Source: Antedon mediterranea (Eukaryota; Animalia; Echinodermata). Taken from it: 64,000 nt of DNA. The notes under the pieces were generated by a model. The model saw only the letters and a list, made by a program, of their open reading frames with translations. It did not search any database and was not told the DNA's origin. Location of the stretch: the NCBI RefSeq assembly GCF_964355755.1, contig NC_092679.1:20133432-20197431 (forward strand). Direction: 5' to 3'. Position numbers and translations under genes: made by a program. Positions 13,569-23,776 of the stretch are shown here, one piece after another; within the stretch, counting starts at the first letter, position 1, and every line of letters starts with the position of its first letter.

Positions 13569-13876
13569 ATCATCCCATACATCATGCATAAGTTTGTACT
13601 GAGATTTAATACTATAGTATTATATCTAAGTATTTTATTACCTGCGTACAAAAGACAAGGAACATGTGGTTCCACATATGTCTCAGTATACAAATTGAAT
13701 AAAGCTTTTGTAAACAAACAAAAGATATGATCAAACACTGTGGAGAATATTAAATTAAATTCACCGGCAAAATAATATGTTTATTGATATTGCATGATGG
13801 TAATACTAATATTAGGCTAGCACATTAGATGAGTAGCCAACTTAGTATCTTTCTACACTTACTATCCAACTTTATG
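13569..13876. repeat. 308-bp direct repeat, left copy (flank of the LINE)
   Basis: Identical by eye to 15527-15834 (constant offset 1958). Confidence 0.95.
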
Positions 13877-15526
13877 AATCCGAGATATTAGTTACCAAAA
13901 ATGAAAATGAAGACACAGAAATCCGCGAAAATGAGACTTCATTAGTAAACAATGCAGTCATAAATGTAGTTGATGTGCGTAATGTATTCGCCAAAGTAAA
14001 GCCTGGTAAAAGTACTGGCCCTGATGGAATTGGAAATCGTGTTATTAAATACTGCAACCAAGAGTTGGCACCGATATATACCAAACTTTTTAATGAGAGT
14101 TTAGCAAGTGGTACAGTGCCCAATCAATGGAAAACGGCCTGTATCTCACCTATTCCTAAGATAAAAAATCCCAAGGAACTTAATGACTATAGGCCAATAG
14201 CTATCACATCCAATGTTAGTAAGTGCCTAGAAAAGATTGTACTTAGGCAGTTGCTTGATCAGACCAAATTGTTTCTCGATCCTCTCCAATTTGCCTATCA
14301 GAGTAATAGAAGTGTTGAAGATGCTGTGCTCTTCCACTTACATAATATTTACCAACATTTAGATGTGCCTAAATCATATGTAAGATGTTTGTATATAGAT
14401 TTTTCTAGTGCTTTTAATACCGTTGAACCTGGTTCATTAGTACGCAAACTTAAAGAAATGAACGTAAACGACACATTGACTTCATGGATATATAATTTCT
14501 TAACAAAAAGGTTCCAGTATGTTAAACTAAACGGTATTTTATCTGATAAAAGAACTGTTAGCATTGGCACGCCACAAGGGTCTGTTATCTCCCCAATGTT
14601 GTTTTCACTGTTCACCAGCAGTTTCAGAGCCAATTCAAATGAATGTTGTATAGTAAAATATGCAGATGACACAGTCATCACTGGATACATTACTGGCAAT
14701 GATGAAACAAGCTATAGACAACTAGGATGTGATTTTTATCACTGGTGCTGCAATAACAACCTGAAACTAAACATAAAGAAAACAAAAGAAATGCAAATTG
14801 ATTTTAGGAAAATTAAAGAACCCTTAGAACCTCTGATTATAAATGAAAATGAGATTGAAGTAGTAAATGAGTACAAATATCTGGGTTGTATAATTGACAA
14901 TAAGCTAAATTGGATAAATAATGTAAATAAAGCCACATGCAAAGCCAACCAAAGGATGTTTATTTTAAGAAAAATGAAGTACCTACAAATTGACAAAACT
15001 ATACTTAAATTGTTTTATAACTCTGTAATTCTCAGTGTAATACTTTTTTGTAATGTTTGTTTTTATGGTAATACAATGCAAAAAGATAAAATTAAACTTA
15101 ATCGAATAGGAAATAGAGCAATTAGACTAGTAGGAGAGCACTTACCTGATGTTGAATCCTTGTATAAAGAAAATGTGTTAAAAAAAGTAAAAAGTATCAT
15201 TGATGATGAAACACATCCTCTTCACAAACAATTTGCTCTCATGAATTCTGGCATAAGACTACGTGCACTTAATACCAAAACAAAACGGTTTAGGTGCTCG
15301 TTTGTACCTAATGCTATACACTTATATAACTCCAGAGTACAAAGGTAAAATGTAATTGTAACCGATAATTTTTATCTAATTTTAACAATTTTTAGCCTCT
15401 TAACTTTTTGTGTGTGTTTTTGTAAATTGTATTTTATATTTTTGTATTTTGCCAGTTTTCAAATCACATTTCTGTTTTTTAAATGGACAATAAAGTATAT
15501 ATGACTATGACTATATGACTATGACT
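13877..15526 (+). mobile_element. 5'-truncated non-LTR retrotransposon, Rex1/Babar-like clade, recent insertion
   Basis: The frame is open from the 5' junction to the stop at 15348. It is followed by a 3' UTR with AATAAA and an (ATGACT)-type microsatellite tail at 15501-15528. The element is flanked by a 308-bp direct repeat. Confidence 0.92.
13975..15348 (+). CDS. LINE reverse transcriptase (RT domain plus C-terminal region; endonuclease domain lost by truncation)
   Basis: Motifs KSTGPDGI, DYRPIAITS, DPLQFAY..RSVEDA, YIDFSSAFNT, GTPQGSVISPMLF, KYADD, KYLG and C-terminal HPLH..F....SG.R.R...T.RF..SF.P.AI..YN, which is typical of Rex1/Babar elements. No stops or frameshifts. The GTG start is not a true start. 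Confidence 0.9.
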   Translation: MRNVFAKVKPGKSTGPDGIGNRVIKYCNQELAPIYTKLFNESLASGTVPNQWKTACISPIPKIKNPKELNDYRPIAITSNVSKCLEKIVLRQLLDQTKLFLDPLQFAYQSNRSVEDAVLFHLHNIYQHLDVPKSYVRCLYIDFSSAFNTVEPGSLVRKLKEMNVNDTLTSWIYNFLTKRFQYVKLNGILSDKRTVSIGTPQGSVISPMLFSLFTSSFRANSNECCIVKYADDTVITGYITGNDETSYRQLGCDFYHWCCNNNLKLNIKKTKEMQIDFRKIKEPLEPLIINENEIEVVNEYKYLGCIIDNKLNWINNVNKATCKANQRMFILRKMKYLQIDKTILKLFYNSVILSVILFCNVCFYGNTMQKDKIKLNRIGNRAIRLVGEHLPDVESLYKENVLKKVKSIIDDETHPLHKQFALMNSGIRLRALNTKTKRFRCSFVPNAIHLYNSRVQR

Positions 15527-15834
15527 ATCATCCCATACATCATGCATAAGTTTGTACTGAGATTTAATACTATAGTATTATATCTAAGTATTTTATTACC
15601 TGCGTACAAAAGACAAGGAACATGTGGTTCCACATATGTCTCAGTATACAAATTGAATAAAGCTTTTGTAAACAAACAAAAGATATGATCAAACACTGTG
15701 GAGAATATTAAATTAAATTCACCGGCAAAATAATATGTTTATTGATATTGCATGATGGTAATACTAATATTAGGCTAGCACATTAGATGAGTAGCCAACT
15801 TAGTATCTTTCTACACTTACTATCCAACTTTATG
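15527..15834. repeat. 308-bp direct repeat, right copy (flank of the LINE)
   Basis: Identical by eye to 13569-13876. It continues into a family-A MITE that is cut off in the left copy. Confidence 0.95.
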
Positions 15835-15956
15835 TGACAACAAAATCTGTATAGATATGTCCATATAAGGACATGCTGATGTCATATCACTAACATATTT
15901 TGGCATATCACTACCATATTAGGGCACATCACATTTTTTTTTGTCAAACTAGTTTT
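15808..15956. mobile_element. MITE family A copy (degenerate)
   Basis: CTACAC..ACTATCCAACTTTATGTGACAA...GGGCACATCACATTTTTTTTTGTCAAACTAGTTT. Confidence 0.7.
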
Positions 15957-17174
15957 AATAACACAACAATGTATAAACGGTAAAGTTGAGGAAATATGTG
16001 AAAATGAAAAATTGCTGCCCCAACCGAAATTCTAACGCGGAACCTTTAGCTGTTTTATCTATTTAAAGTAATTTTGTAAGAGCCGGCGGCATGATCAAAC
16101 AGCTTGATATACATTTTATTGATTATTAAATATTAATTATTATTATTATTATTATTAATAATAGAATATAAACAAAATATTATTAACTATATTTACTAAA
16201 TTCGATAGAAGAATGACATTAAAATGTTATGTAAAATGTAGACGAAGTTGTTTAAAACAAATTATTATGTATGGGTGAAAACGAAAGATTGAGTGAACGA
16301 TCGCATTAAACGTGTTTATTGATGTTGAATGTAAACTTAATTTGCAATTAGCTACAGCAAGCATAACCACTTGAGTGGTCGTTTAAAATGTATCGTTCAA
16401 GATATTTCGTCCCACAAGTATAGAAATGACCTCAACGAAACTGTGAATGAAATTGCCACAAACAAAAATCAACACTTTAATAAAATTGCGACAAGTAAAC
16501 TCTTGCGACGGTCTATTAGACGCAAAGCAATATACTATATGTGATAAAGACTCATTTATTAGTGTAGAGTGATTATTCTAGCAGCAATGATTATCTAATA
16601 ACAAGCATTTTATGAAGAAGAATCTGCTAAAATCCCCCGCGGGACTTATAAGCAGGCAGCGCAAAGCAGGCATGTGTATCGCTAGGCCTAACAGTGAGAA
16701 TACGTTCATTGCCTAATATGAGATATAAACAAGTAATTCGTTTCTAATGAGATCGCGGTGGAGTCTTTAACCAACAGCTTGTTGTGACACAGCTTGTACA
16801 TAATCGATACAAAGTACAATAATATAGATTAGCTTTTCGTTCAAAGGTACATTAATACATTCTCTTGGTGGTTATTTAGCCACTTATTACTATCTGTTGA
16901 GAGATTACCATCACTTCGTCTTGAAAATGACAGTACACTGTCGGTTCAATTCGTCAAAAATAAACAGTGGAATGTACAGGCACTTAAGATAAATTTAGGA
17001 CGGGTCCGGAACAGTATGCTAGAGGGAAAGAACGTTGAATTATGCAACAATAAATGAATCATTGACAATAAATAATACTATAATAGTACACTTGAAAGTT
17101 ATACAGCAGTAAACAATATATTGAGTAACATAAATTGTTCATACTGCGCTTTGAGACTATATAACATAAAGCAC

Positions 17175-17620
17175 AATGGTTAACCAATAACAATCGACAG
17201 TTTGATTTATCCATCGCTTGTGATTGGTCAATTATTTGCGTTGCACTTACGTCCTTAAGCTTGGTTCCGACGCAACGCAAGGACATAACGCAACGTAAAG
17301 CTTGGTTCCCACTAGAACGTAACGCAAGGACGTAAACGCAACACAAGCGTTTTAACCAATGACAAGCGAAGTTATAGACAGTTAGCAATCACAAGCTAAT
17401 AAGCCATCGCTTGTGATTGGTCAATTCACTTGCGTTGCGTTACGTCCTTGTGTTGCGTCGCTAGTGGGAACCACGCTTAAGTGATTCGACCAATCACAAG
17501 CAATGGATTATTCGAACAGTGGCTTGGGATTGGTCAACTCGCTTGCGTTGCGCGTACTTGCGTTGCGTCTCTAGTAGAGTGGGAACCACGCTTTATGTTA
17601 CGTCCTGGTGGAATCAAGCT
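17175..17620. mobile_element. MITE family B (Harbinger-like), three copies nested inside one another
   Basis: TIR AGCTTGGTTCCCACTAG/CTAGTGGGAACCA(A/C)GCT. The inner copy is 17299-17477 (TAA TSD), the middle copy 17258-17592 (TTA TSD), and the outer remnant ends at 17620. Confidence 0.85.
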
Positions 17621-18744
17621 TTATTACGATACTGCCAGACGCTTAGAACCGTATGAATCAGGAATTATATCAGAGTCAATATTATTATTGTAATTGTTTG
17701 TCTCTTTATTTGTTATATTAGAGACGAACTGATTGATCCATCTATATTAAAGTACTTTTGTCAACAGTTAGGCAAAATAATGAAGAATTAGAATCAGTGG
17801 TTTGGTTCAAACACAATCCTTTATTATGCAAAGATGTTACATATGGAGTGGAGAATAACAGTGGTAACATCTGCCTAATAAATACAAAGAATATACTTTC
17901 ATTTAGTATTATTTAATTCTTCCTACACGTTTCAGTCTATGCTTTCTCGTTTGAACATCCTATCGCGGGCCTAGCTAATAAATTGTGTGTGATATCATTA
18001 AAGACACATATTGTAAAATTACTAAGACAAAATTAACGCATAAGCAAATCAGGTGAAACTAGGCCTTGATAATGCGAGTTGGCCCGTGAACAACCGTAGT
18101 TAAAAATACTACTTAAGCTTAAATTCTAGTTAATTTACAAGCGTAACTTATGACACTTTTATATTGCTGCATTGATCACTTTCGCAGATGGAAAGACATG
18201 TATCTTGTAGATACTGGGAATAGTGTAGGAACAAAATGTAATTTAACGAATGCTCTGATGAAGATTATCAAAATCAAATATGCTATCAAAAAAAAGCTTG
18301 AGTCGTAATTCTCAAAAACATGTTAACGAGTTGTATGTAACCTGCTATATATAACGTAATGTATAATTTAGATGCAGAACGATTCCAAAGCTCAAAGAAG
18401 GGTTGACACATAACAAACATAAATAATTTAATTTATCAATATAATAGGTTATTATTTTAGATGTTATAGGATATTATAACCTGGGAAAAAAAGGCTGATG
18501 ACCGAAAATCATGGAAAAATTGTATTAAGGCAGGACTTGTACACAGCGAAGAAAGATATCGTATGGAAAATGAAGAGAGGTATCTGAAAAGAAAATCTAG
18601 ATCAGCCACTGCAACTCACACAGACTCACTGGAAAACGGATGAAATTCTCTCCAATGTCGCCTCCATAGTCAATCTTGACTGAAGGATGCCTGATGATGA
18701 TGATAATATATGCAGAAACATTCGGTATGGGGATGGTATAGAAA

Positions 18745-18842
18745 GCGCATGCGTTGAATAGGATGACGTCATGTGGTGACGACATTCTTCAACTTTTCAC
18801 CCAATGAAAATGGCCGACGCGTGCAGTGAGCAGGCGGTAAGT
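18745..18842 (+). promoter_or_regulatory. Compact promoter-like motif cluster with a short first-exon-like segment
   Basis: GCGCATGCG (NRF1-like, 18745), TGACGTCA (CRE, 18764), CCAAT (18801), AAAATGGC (YY1/ATG-like, 18807) and a strong donor GCG|GTAAGT (18837). Confidence 0.4.
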
Positions 18843-19685
18843 TTTGAACGTTTATTTGTTGTTACAGTTAATATGAATAACGTATATCCTGTGCGTGTTC
18901 TGTGTTAATTAACTTTGATTCTTATAGTATTTAAAAATAATAATTCTGGTACCTTTCATTTATGTTATGATTGTTTTGTATGGTTGTCTTAAGTACCTAC
19001 TCAAGACCTAGCTAAGCAGACCCACCAATCTGCAACGTGACTACCACTCAGAGAGAACGTTCTCAAACACACAAGGCTCGCGTGTACATGATGGCACCGG
19101 CCTAGGGGGGGGGGGGGGGGGCTAAACTTCCCGTCACATTTAGCAACAACAATGCGGTGATATTCTTACATTACACTACAAATACAATGTTTTGTTTTTA
19201 CATTGATAATAATATGACTATATAAACATAATAATTCACCATCAATTATTCGATTTTGAAGACTATGTTACAGGTATGGTTAAGAAGTATGACACGTCGT
19301 CAGCTTATAGAATCATAAAAAAATAGGTATACTGGCTTCATATTTGGATTTTCAAACGATTAAGTAGACGGCATATAAAGTATGAGCGCCAAGCTTCACA
19401 GTACGCACTACTTGTTATTAATGACATGCACTTAAGAACTCGCACTTATTAAATTGGCATTTACATCTATTTCCATTACACAGGATTAGTAAAGGAATAA
19501 ATCTAAGTCGGGCAATTTGAAGCTTAGCCACAGAACTCCCGACAGTTCATTATGAAACGTGCAAGATATTGCAGATGATTATTAACAACTATCTCGCTTA
19601 CGTCACACAAATTATTTTTCTTTATACTTGAACTAAATATTATTAACTCTGAAGACTATTAAAGGAACTAACAAAAATTACATAA

Positions 19686-19868
19686 AGCTCTGTTTAGACT
19701 ATCAAACTAGTTTGACAAAAAAAAGTGTGATTTGCCCAAATATGGTGGTGATATGCCCTAATATAGTAGTGATATGCCCTAATATAGTAGTGATATGACA
19801 TCATTTCTGTCCATAATGGACACATCACATATTTTTGTCACATAAAGTTTGATAGTGTAGACAAAGCT
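19686..19868. mobile_element. MITE family A (PIF/Harbinger-Tourist-like), representative full copy
   Basis: ~23-bp TIR (consensus AGCTCTGTCTACACTATCAAACT), TAA on both flanks, and internal 20-bp repeats (GATATGCCCAAATATGGTAGT-like). Confidence 0.85.
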
Positions 19869-21028
19869 TAAGTGTCCACAATATTGGAAATCTGCATATT
19901 GTTAGAATCACAAAAATTATCTTGGTTTATGATGAAAAATTGTGGGTACAAGTTTTTATCCAATCAATAGTTTTCGATTTTACTACCTGGATTAGGTAAT
20001 TGGTTACTTTTATATTCAATATTATTTGTGTTTTATCTTTCGCATGGCATGATTGAAAAGATATTATGATGTTGACAACATACTTAAAAAAAGGCATGAT
20101 TAAGATAATGATGTGATTATAACACTGATGGAGAAGGTGATAATATATTTGTAAGAACATGGCCGACAAACAATACTCCATGAACCAGTACTATTTATTA
20201 AGGTACCAACAAAACATTGTATGGCATAATTATAATAATCATAACAATAACATAATGCTATATTAGTATGACAATGTAATAATGCTGATTAAAAGTGACA
20301 TTGCAAATTTAAAGGAACCATTGACAAAAATAATAAATATAACATGTTTATTTTCAATCAACAAAGGTTAATTAACCAATTAATATTCATGTGTAGTACA
20401 ATACCCAAATATAGGCATATTACTTCTATTTTTGGGTATTCCACAGTTTAAACACAATAGTATGAAATAGTATGATAGTCATACACTTTAATAGAGTACT
20501 CTCTTGATTAATGTAAAAATTCAGTTCTTAAAAAAGGAGATTTAATTTTCTTTACCAAATTGGCCATTAAATTACAACTTTGCCTACATATTTTAAAGTA
20601 AAAAAAAACGTATTGTACTTGAATTGGATATTGTAAATAAAAACCAGGTGAAATACAGTATATCACCTATCACTACATTATCTCCTGACCCAATAAGTGA
20701 AAGGAAAGATATTGATAGATTTATGAATATTCATCTTTTAAGAAATTAATTAACTCAGTAGATATTGCTAAAGCATGTGTCGATTTAAAAGTAATTTAAC
20801 TTTAATAGATAACAATGGTAATCAGCAATAATTTAATTTGAAACTTCAGTCAATCACCTAAGTTTATTCAGTAATTTTAGGGACACCCCTATTAAGGGTA
20901 CATTTTCCTGTGAAACAAATAAGTTTGAACAGTATTCAGGGGACATCCCTACAAAGGAACACTTTGTTTGGTCTAAATAGGAGTTTTACTGTATTCAAAC
21001 CCACTTTAAATATTAATGAGATCAGTAG

Positions 21029-21439
21029 CAAAGAACTTATAACACAAGAATCTCCTGTTCTTCAATTTGCATTCAAAACACAGTATCGGAAGTACAGGGT
21101 TAAAAGGTCTGGGCTGGGCGACGCCATTTCACAGCATGGAGCAGCGCCCCCTCCAAACTAGGAAGTCAATTACTCTACCCCCCTAGAGTATTAGCAGATC
21201 CCCTCTATGATTTTGACTTTCTAATTTGATGTGGGCGCCCTACTCCTCAGTCAATTACTCTATCCCCCCTAGAGTATTAGCAGATCCCCTCTATGATTTT
21301 GACTTTCTAATTTGATGCGGGCGCACTACTCCATGGCTCACAATGGCGCCACCCATTAGCTGTATTCTATCCCACAATGCCTTTCGAAATTGTTACGCGC
21401 TTCGGACGAACAGGAGATTCTTGTGTTATAAGTTCTTTG
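21029..21439. mobile_element. Non-autonomous DNA transposon with perfect 32-bp TIRs and an 8-bp TSD (P-element- or hAT-like)
   Basis: TIR CAAAGAACTTATAACACAAGAATCTCCTGTTC (21029-21060 and 21408-21439), TSD ATCAGTAG (21021-21028 and 21440-21447), and an internal ~85-bp tandem duplication. Confidence 0.9.
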
Positions 21440-23089
21440 ATCAGTAGTAATAGTAGTGTTTAGTCATTAAATATTCAATATTTTATAAAAAGTCTAAATA
21501 TTTAACCAAATACAGTTCATGAATATTCATGATGTATTCATTAGAAAATACATTTTTTTAAAAAGCAGCAGGAGAAATTTAAATGTCATTGAATAAATTT
21601 ATATAATTTTCATATTCTATATTCTTAAAACTGGATTTTTATATTTTTAAAAAACAAATTACCAATTTCATGTTTAATGATTAAAAATACAAACATAACC
21701 TATTTAGCATGCATGCTTTTACAATAAATTCATGCACACGCATATATTAGCACATACGTACGTTGTGTAATGTAATATACAAATAAATTCAAAATATGCA
21801 AATGTGAAATTAAGGTATATATATAATATTACCTCTGTAAAATTATGCACAATTACACAAACACACATTAATATTTAAATGAGTTGTTTTTCTATATAAA
21901 TATGTATAATTTAAATGCAAAAAATTCCAGTTTAATCATATTCCATTTAATAATAATGTTATAGCAATTATAATATGTTAAAATCTACATTCACAATTAG
22001 TTAAAAAATTCTTTAACCCGAACTAATAAAAGTGAAAACTACGTAAAAAATATAAACATGCAGAAATAAATAATCTGACACAAACAAAAAAATAAACAAA
22101 TTAGCAGCAAATTCAATTATAGAACGCCAATGGAAGAACACTTTATTTGTAATATTTACAAAATACCTTTGCTTTTCTAAATACATCTGAAATAAATTAA
22201 TGTTAATTTAGTTCTAATAATTTGTAATCATATATAATTATAAACAAAACTAATCGATTTAATCTTTGCACATACCACGAACCTGGTCCCAAATTTGTAA
22301 TCAATTAAAATATTTAATATTAATTAAAATTTAATATTTAATGACATATGAATCTGACAATCTAACACTAAAGAATAAAATAAATAAATGTAATTGATAA
22401 TAGACAACAATATTTACAATAATACTGAGTTCTTGAAAGAACTTCACGCAGATCAATATACTAACTTTAATTAGTTGTAAAAAATTTAGTAGTGGAATGA
22501 AATGTGGTATTGTGGATGAGGTGCCCACCTTTTAATTCTACAGTCATAGGTTCGGTCATAGGTAAGTCATAAATGCCACTTCTACTGATGATGAAGAATA
22601 CATTTATAGGAAATAATGTAAATAAACCATTTTATAATTTTTCCCTAATCACATAGTTTTTTAGTTTCCTGAGGTAGGACTGACATGTTATCCCAGATAA
22701 TAAAATTATCGTTATTCAATAAGGCACAGAGATCATTTCTATCTACAAATTTGGAAGAAATTGGATAACAACATTATTTGAAATATTTACAAAAGGCACA
22801 TTTTTCTACAAATCGTCAAGTTAAAATTTACAAACATTATAATTAGGCACTTGATTATATGGAAGAAACATGTACAGTTATCAATAATTTGATCAAAATA
22901 TATATAATAATTACTATTTACTAATTGGAAAGACTTGATATCAGTTGCTACTTGTACTACGTCAAGATATTTATAGATAATCAAAAAAATGAAGGCTGAT
23001 ATTAAATAAGTAATATTTTTTATCTTTATCATATTGCATTGCAGTATTTATAAACAAAAACAAAAAAAGATATTTCTCTTCTTAAAGTA

Positions 23090-23516
23090 CAGTAGAATTA
23101 TCCTCATTTCAGACACCCATATTTAGGAGACACTCCTATTAAGGGGACACTCCTATTAAGGGGACACTCCTATTTAGGAGACACTCCTATTAAGGGGACA
23201 CTCCTATTAAGGGGACACTCCTATTAAGGGGACACTCCTATTAAGGGGACACTCCTATTAAGGGGACACTCCTATTTAGGAGACACTCCTATTAAGGGGA
23301 CACTCCTATTAAGGGGACACTCCTATTAAGGGGACACTCCTATTTAGGGGACACTCCTATTAAGGGGACACTCCTATTAAGGGGACACTCCTATTAAGGG
23401 GACACTCTCCTATGTATAAATGAAGGAGGGGAAATATACATTTTAATACTACAGCCAACCCCTATTAAGGGGACACGTTTGGGTCTTAAAGGTGTCCTCT
23501 TAATAGTGTTTTACTG
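23090..23516. mobile_element. MITE family C (Tc1/mariner-pogo/Tigger-like, TA TSD) with an expanded internal minisatellite
   Basis: TA|CAGTAGAA...TTTTACTG|TA termini and CCTATTAAGGGGACAC subterminal motifs. Related degenerate copies lie at ~13428-13530, 20869-20991, 26598-26732, 27948-28020, 38411-38590, 43130-43240, 46976-47530 and 56200-56460. Confidence 0.75.
23112..23407. repeat. 17-bp minisatellite (GACACTCCTATTAAGGG) x17
   Basis: Seventeen head-to-tail units plus a partial one, with variant units (...TTTAGGA/G) at positions 1, 4, 10 and 14. Confidence 0.95.
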
Positions 23517-23776
23517 TAAACAAGACAGACCAATCAGAATCAGACTTTTGCAGCATGATTAATTTGTTCAAAACCCCAATTTTTCTAAATGGTGGTTTAA
23601 ACCACGATCAACAACAGTGTCTTGTCTTAGTGCTAGTCCGGATTGGGTCAATGGTGTGGAATCACGTGTCCCTTGAACTTTCAAAGGGCCAGCGGAAGCG
23701 AACCGGACACTGCAAGAGCTTTGGTGCTTTACTGGCCCGCATCCCCTATCTCTGGGCGAACTATGAATCACAACAT

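Noticed and set aside
13535-15696. Duplicated small ORFs MFDHIFCLFTK... (13535-13738 and 15511-15696)
   Set aside because: Chance ORFs inside the 308-bp duplication, with no coding signature.
13569-15834. LTR retrotransposon interpretation (RT between long direct repeats)
   Set aside because: The RT is non-LTR (Rex1/Babar type) with its own AATAAA and microsatellite tail. The repeats lack TG..CA ends and include part of a host MITE, and there is no gag, protease or integrase.
19104-19121. Poly-G run (and poly-C run at ~50264-50279)
   Set aside because: Simple homopolymers with no supporting context, and their length is unreliable in assemblies.
23112-23407. CRISPR-like regular repeat
   Set aside because: The units are head-to-tail with no unique spacers, no cas genes are present, and the context is eukaryotic. 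It is a minisatellite.
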